64,000 nt of DNA from an uncultured Alphaproteobacteria bacterium. Its GTDB lineage: Bacteria; Pseudomonadota; Alphaproteobacteria; CAAGCB01; CAG-977. The notes beneath the pieces are model-generated. The model worked only from the letters and a program-made list of their open reading frames with translations. It did no database searches and was not told where the DNA came from. The position numbers and the translations under genes are program-made. Of the stretch, positions 59,543 to 64,000 are shown in pieces. The DNA is taken from the NCBI GenBank assembly GCA_944390195.1, contig CALXOZ010000002.1, positions 136,220 to 200,219 on the forward strand, written 5' to 3'. Each line of letters begins with the position of its first letter. Position 1 is the first letter of the stretch.

Positions 59543-59708
59543 ATTTCACCTTTTGCAAATTACAAACAACCGTTTAAGACAATGTGAAAACAGTCTTGCG
59601 CGACAACTCTCGAAAAAATTGTCGATATCCGTCCGCTTCAGCTAAAAACCAGCTTTCACTTGGTAAAACGTTTTTCAGCCGCTTTTCATTTTAACAAAGC
59701 GCTACCGG

Positions 59709-60752
59709 TTATTCGTTAAAGTAGTTTATCCCGATTGCCGTCCGGACTTCTTGTATCGTTTGTTGAGCAACCGAACGAGCCGATTGACTGCCTTTGTGCA
59801 ACATTTGGAAGACCTCTCCCAAATCCCGAGCTAACATTTCACGTTTTTCACGAATGGGCTTCAGTTCGTTTTGTAAAATTTCATTAAGGAATTTTTTAAC
59901 CGTACCATCGCCCAATCCGCCTCTTCTGTAATGGTCTTTCAATTCTTCCAGATTATGGTATGCCGGTAAAAAGGCTTCAAAATGTTGATCCTTGCAAAAC
60001 GCGTCCAAGTAAATGAAAACCGGATTGTTTTCCGTATGACCGGGGTCTTCGACACGCAAATGGGTCGGATCTGTAAACATGCTTTGAATCTTTTTCTTGA
60101 TTTCATTGGAGGTGTCGGACAAATAAATGCAATTACCCAAAGATTTGCTCATTTTTGCGGCTCCATCCAACCCGGGAAGACGGGAACACGTTGTGTTTTC
60201 AGGTAAAACGGCGCTCGGCTCAACCAGAATTTCTTTATACAAAGTATTAAAAGAACGTACGATCTCCCGTGTTTGTTCTATCATGGGCAACTGGTCTTCC
60301 CCGACCGGAACAATATTAGCTTTAAAAGCTGTAATATCAGCGGCCTGACTGATCGGATAAGTGAAAAAACCGACCGGAATACTTTGTTTAAATCCTCTTA
60401 ATTGTATTTCGTTCTTAACCGTCGGATTGCGTTGCAAACGCGAAACCGTTACCAAATTCATGTAATAAAATGAAAGTTCACACAGCTCCGGAACTTGAGA
60501 CTGTATGAAAATCGTAACCTTTTGCGGATCCAGTCCGCACGCCAAATAATCCAAAGCGACTTCGGAAATGTTATTTCTGATTTTATTAATGTTATCGGCA
60601 TTATCCGTCAAGGCTTGAGCATCGGCAATCATAATGTAGATTTTCGAATACCGACCGCTGTCCTGCATTTCGACACGGCGTTTTAAAGAACCGACATAAT
60701 GACCTAAATGCAATTTTCCTGTAGGGCGATCGCCTGTTAACACAATATCCAT
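59709..60752 (-). CDS. trpS: tryptophan--tRNA ligase
   Basis: TGDRPTGKLHLGHYVG and KMSKSLGN are present. Confidence 0.93.
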   Translation of the reverse strand: MDIVLTGDRPTGKLHLGHYVGSLKRRVEMQDSGRYSKIYIMIADAQALTDNADNINKIRNNISEVALDYLACGLDPQKVTIFIQSQVPELCELSFYYMNLVTVSRLQRNPTVKNEIQLRGFKQSIPVGFFTYPISQAADITAFKANIVPVGEDQLPMIEQTREIVRSFNTLYKEILVEPSAVLPENTTCSRLPGLDGAAKMSKSLGNCIYLSDTSNEIKKKIQSMFTDPTHLRVEDPGHTENNPVFIYLDAFCKDQHFEAFLPAYHNLEELKDHYRRGGLGDGTVKKFLNEILQNELKPIREKREMLARDLGEVFQMLHKGSQSARSVAQQTIQEVRTAIGINYFNE

Positions 60753-60930
60753 TTTTTCATCCTTTTACATTTTTAATAACATTTGGCATCCGAGCATTAT
60801 CAAAATACATAAACGTTCTTTTTAAGCTGATCAAGAACAAAACATCCAAGCCGTTCGGAACATTCCGTTTTATAAAGCCGCTTTTTTCAGCCTGACGAAG
60901 TAAGTTATAACAATAAATATGTCAAGAAAA

Positions 60931-61272
60931 GTTTTTTTTAAAAAAAACGCGTTATTAATTAATCTCGATAGAATAATTTCAAAATAAAAAACATTCGCGA
61001 TATTGAATGTTATACATGATGAATGAAATACGCGCTAAAAGATTTCGTTAAAAAGTTCGACACATCATTAACGAAACAACGAAAAAAGTCCGTTCATAAA
61101 TTGTCCATCCGTGTGCCCCCTTAATTTTGCCGATAAGAAGCCATACCCCCGATTAAATATCGGAAGGATCGTCCCCCTTCCTTGTTTCTCGGATAAAAAA
61201 GTTCTGTATTTTATTATTTTTTGGACAGGATCGTCTTTGTCCGATATTACGAGCACTCAATTCGGGTATTAA
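60931..61272 (+). pseudogene. decayed tandem duplicate of the promoter region and first ~80-90 codons of the transglutaminase-like gene
   Basis: The segment at 60931 (gtttttttaaaaaaaacgcgttatta) resembles 61273 (gtttttttaaaaaaatccgtgttattga). The segment at 60996 (cgcgatattgaatgttatac) resembles 61343 (cgcgacattgaatattacac). 61081-61115 matches 61435-61469 at 32 of 35 nt. The ATG is lost (ATT) and several in-frame stops are present. Confidence 0.7.
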
Positions 61273-61339
61273 GTTTTTTTAAAAAAATCCGTGTTATTGA
61301 AAAGCTTCATTACCTCTGAATTTTTAAGGCAATAAAATT

Positions 61340-62065
61340 ATGCGCGACATTGAATATTACACGCAACAAACGAAACGTTCCGCAATTTCAAAGGACTTTG
61401 CCGACAAGTTCGACAACACCCCTGACGAAATCATGAAAAAAGTCCGTTCATTAATTGTTCACCCGTGTGAGTGTCCCTATAATTTCACCGCTAAAAACTG
61501 GCCGTATTTCACTTCCGCCGCTTGCATAGAAAAACAGTTGAAACAGCAAGATATCATTTTTGCCAAATGTCGCGAATATTCGCTGCTCAGTGTTTCAGTC
61601 ATGCGTGAAAAAGGTATTCCGGCGAGATGTCGTTGCGGTTTTGCCAGTTATTTTTCCTCCGGTTTTTATGAAGACCACTGGATTATAGAATATTATGATG
61701 AACAATGGAAAATGGCTGATGCCCAAACGTTAAGACTGGATATAAAAACAGGGGAATTTATCAACGGCGCCCTTGCTTGGAAATTGATCCGCAAAGCAGA
61801 CTTTGACGAACGTCTGTTCGGATTCAGCGGATTGAAAGAATTTCAAACATCCGGTTTGACATACGTTATTTCAAATATGATCAGAGATGCTAGCGGTCTT
61901 TTAAAAGACGAATTGGACTATCCGGAAAAGGTTTCAAGCCTGATGAATGAAAATCATGCGTTATCTCAGAACGATTACAAGATCTTGGACGAACTGTCCG
62001 ACCTGATTTTTAAAGAAGAGATCAGCGCTTTGAAAACCGCCTTTTCCGCTTTAAAAAAAATATGA
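61340..62065 (+). CDS. transglutaminase-like cysteine peptidase-fold protein
   Basis: AKCREYSLLSVSVMREKGIPARCRCGF...DHWIIEYYDEQWKMADAQ fits the Cys-His-Asp transglutaminase-core pattern. Confidence 0.7.
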   Translation: MRDIEYYTQQTKRSAISKDFADKFDNTPDEIMKKVRSLIVHPCECPYNFTAKNWPYFTSAACIEKQLKQQDIIFAKCREYSLLSVSVMREKGIPARCRCGFASYFSSGFYEDHWIIEYYDEQWKMADAQTLRLDIKTGEFINGALAWKLIRKADFDERLFGFSGLKEFQTSGLTYVISNMIRDASGLLKDELDYPEKVSSLMNENHALSQNDYKILDELSDLIFKEEISALKTAFSALKKI

Positions 62066-62078
62066 ACATAAACCCCGT

Positions 62079-62957
62079 ATGATTTACTTCACAAACAAAG
62101 AGCAAACTAAAAATAAAGACTATGTGTCAAAGGTTTTGCATACGGTCGAACTGCCGTCTGAAATCCGTAATCCGGAAAATTTTGAAATCCTAACCGGCGG
62201 ATCAAGATCCATCGCCATTAAGATCGAAGACTTTGTCATACGTTTTCCAATAAGCGAAAAAGTTCTTGAAAACCAAAAAAGGGAAGCTTGTCTCTGCCGG
62301 ATTTTAAAAAACAACCTGCCGAACGATTTCCATCATAAAATCCCCGATGTAAAAACCGGAAAAGGGTTTGTCTGGCATAAAATGATCGACGGGCGAATTT
62401 TTGATAAACAAGTGCACCTTTCTTCAAAGCAAGAGGATCGTCTGGCTTTTGAAATCGCCTTTTTTTTATGCACTTTGCATCAAATCCCCCTGTCGACAAT
62501 GGATACTGTCGATTTGGTATCCGTTTCCGCCGCCGACGATTGGAATTTTACCCATAATCCTGAATGGGATTATCAAACCGCTTACGAGCTTTTAAAGATG
62601 CACGATATTGATCTTGAAACGTTCAAAGTGGAAATTGACAATAGAACAAAAGCCGTTTGCCATAACGATTTAAGCGGAAGCAACATTTTAATCGACACGG
62701 AAAAAAGTAACCCGTTAACGGGAATTATAGATTTCGGGAACACTGCCATCATGCCTTTATCGAATGAATTCGTCCCTTTTTATAAAATCAGTCGTCAATT
62801 CGCTCACAAAGTCATAAGTCATTACAACCGGATCGCCCCTTATAAAGTCAACATCACCGAAGTCGATTACAAAGCTTTGAGCTTTATCGGATTATTATTG
62901 ATAAAAATTAAAAAAAGTTCTTTCTGCGATCTTATGATCGAAAATTTTAAAAATTGA
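62079..62957 (+). CDS. aminoglycoside/choline-kinase-like phosphotransferase (APH family)
   Basis: VCHNDLSGSNILID...GIIDFGN is the H-x-D-x4-N ... D-F-G catalytic pattern. Confidence 0.75.
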   Translation: MIYFTNKEQTKNKDYVSKVLHTVELPSEIRNPENFEILTGGSRSIAIKIEDFVIRFPISEKVLENQKREACLCRILKNNLPNDFHHKIPDVKTGKGFVWHKMIDGRIFDKQVHLSSKQEDRLAFEIAFFLCTLHQIPLSTMDTVDLVSVSAADDWNFTHNPEWDYQTAYELLKMHDIDLETFKVEIDNRTKAVCHNDLSGSNILIDTEKSNPLTGIIDFGNTAIMPLSNEFVPFYKISRQFAHKVISHYNRIAPYKVNITEVDYKALSFIGLLLIKIKKSSFCDLMIENFKN

Positions 62958-63048
62958 TCTTTCCTCCGAAAAGAAACCTTATTTAAAGAGAATAAAAATC
63001 ATTTTACTTGTTTGAATGGACATTTCTTCATTTTCTTTTGCCAGTATT

Positions 63049-63088
63049 GAATAAGCGTTCAAAACATCGAACCTAAAAACGCTTATTC
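63049..63088. other. 11 bp perfect inverted repeat (gaataagcgtt / aacgcttattc) with an 18 nt loop
   Basis: Seen directly in the sequence, in the APH-GNAT intergenic region. No T-run follows, so its function is unclear. Confidence 0.4.
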
Positions 63089-63290
63089 ATACTTACGAAA
63101 ACAACTACCATATAAATTCTTTGGCGGGAATATATTCATTCACGATTTAAAACCGGAAATATCCGCAAAAAAAAAGCGCATTCTGTTTTTATAAACATTC
63201 TCACTTTAAAAAAGCCCTTTGATAATAAATGACAGGCAAAAAAAATCCGGATAGACTGAAACACCATACAAAAAAACGAAAGGATCGCAA

Positions 63291-63761
63291 ATGGACTTTA
63301 CAATATCCGTCGCCGAAGAAAAAGACGCTGATGAGATCGACATCATTGCAAGACAAAGCGAAGAACTTCACCAAAAAAAAGAACCGGATTTTTTTAAAAA
63401 GCGCGACTTGAACACTAAATCCGATTACATTAAAAACGCTATAAAAAATGAGGATTCAACTGTTTTCAAAGCTTGTCATCAAAATAAAATCATCGGTTAT
63501 CTGGTCTTGTATATTCACGACTGCCCGGAAGAGTTTTTTGTATACCCTGAATTCGGTTATATCGGCGATCTATGCGTTGATAAGGAATATCGCCGTCAAG
63601 GAGTCGCTCAAGCCCTGATTTCAGAAGCGGAAAAATACTTGATTTCTAAAAACATACGATCAATCGAACTTGATGTATTTCTTTTTAATGAAAAAGCAGA
63701 CCGTTTGTATACGAAAATAGGATATAAAAATCTCAAATATCGAAAAAGAAAACTTCTTTAA
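63291..63761 (+). CDS. GNAT-family N-acetyltransferase
   Basis: IGDLCVDKEYRRQGVAQALISEAEKYL is the acetyl-CoA-binding motif A. AAGGA lies upstream of the ATG. Confidence 0.8.
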   Translation: MDFTISVAEEKDADEIDIIARQSEELHQKKEPDFFKKRDLNTKSDYIKNAIKNEDSTVFKACHQNKIIGYLVLYIHDCPEEFFVYPEFGYIGDLCVDKEYRRQGVAQALISEAEKYLISKNIRSIELDVFLFNEKADRLYTKIGYKNLKYRKRKLL

Positions 63762-64000
63762 CCAAATATGCCCAGCCTTCAAAAAACCGGATCATTAAAC
63801 AGAAGGCAAGAAAACATGAAAATCCGAACAAAAAAGAATGTTTGCCAAAAGTTTTTTCTGAGTACGTCTCCCGTCATTGAGGATAGTATCAACAAATAAC
63901 CGGTAATATTAAAATCAGGAAAAACAATATCTTATACGCATTTATTCTTTTAACATCATCTCTGCTGTTCGCCTGTTCATTTTTCGCACGGCAGTTCAAA

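Noticed and set aside
60753-60930. T-box or attenuator leader upstream of trpS, and likewise upstream of proS and cysS
   Set aside because: No specifier or T-box-like conserved sequence, and no terminator/antiterminator pair visible. Such leaders are not expected in this type of proteobacterial genome.
63229-63411. 60-aa Lys-rich ORF overlapping the GNAT start
   Set aside because: Low-complexity product of an A-rich tract. It overlaps a GNAT gene that has an SD and family motifs.
1-64000. Mobile elements, prophage, integrative island borders, tRNA/rRNA genes
   Set aside because: No transposase-, integrase- or phage-like ORFs appear in any frame of the track. I saw no tRNA-like cloverleaf candidates in the intergenic gaps I read. 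A tRNAscan/Infernal run would be needed to exclude small RNAs formally.

Overview
AT-rich bacterial chromosomal segment. Gene content and order look alphaproteobacterial: a minus-strand block rpsB-tsf-pyrH-frr-uppS-cdsA-dxr-rseP-bamA-skp-lpxD-fabZ-lpxA-lpxI-lpxB, plus short-type ProS, class II DAHP synthase and LpxI. Sel1-repeat and eukaryote-like Cys-rich secreted proteins hint at a host-associated lifestyle; that is inference only. About 45 kb is ordinary, tightly packed housekeeping DNA: glmS/glmU, nadE-gltX-cysS, dnaE, lolCD, proS, trpS and the envelope/translation block. Less ordinary content, in window order: (1) 1-9.4 kb holds a GlgE-type alpha-glucan operon glgE-mak-glgB-glgX-malQ, with malQ running off the window and absent from the ORF track. 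(2) 9.5-22.7 kb is an accessory patch: an orphan zeta-toxin-like kinase, a DUF2934 protein with a CCCC cluster and a histone-H1-like tail, queH, rmuC, a yhcH-family gene, two paralogous lipoproteins, a translationally coupled Sel1 plus Cys-rich secreted pair, a TspO-like gene, and a larB-larC-larE nickel-pincer cofactor operon with no larA. The lar operon is followed by a relic copy of the larE 3' end and about 0.86 kb of gene-free AT-rich DNA. (3) NadE has an apparently decayed glutaminase domain. (4) A membrane-protein pair ends in a 3-copy tandem repeat that duplicates the gene's own 3' end. (5) 60.9-63.8 kb has a tandem partial duplication (pseudogenised promoter plus 5' end) of a transglutaminase-like gene, followed by APH-family kinase and GNAT genes. 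I recognised no rRNA, tRNA, CRISPR array, transposase or integrase. I did not find a clear-cut novel multi-gene system. The best candidates are the orphan larBCE cluster with its decayed downstream region and the secreted Sel1/Cys-rich/lipoprotein neighbourhood. All family assignments rest on motifs recognised by eye, not on searches.
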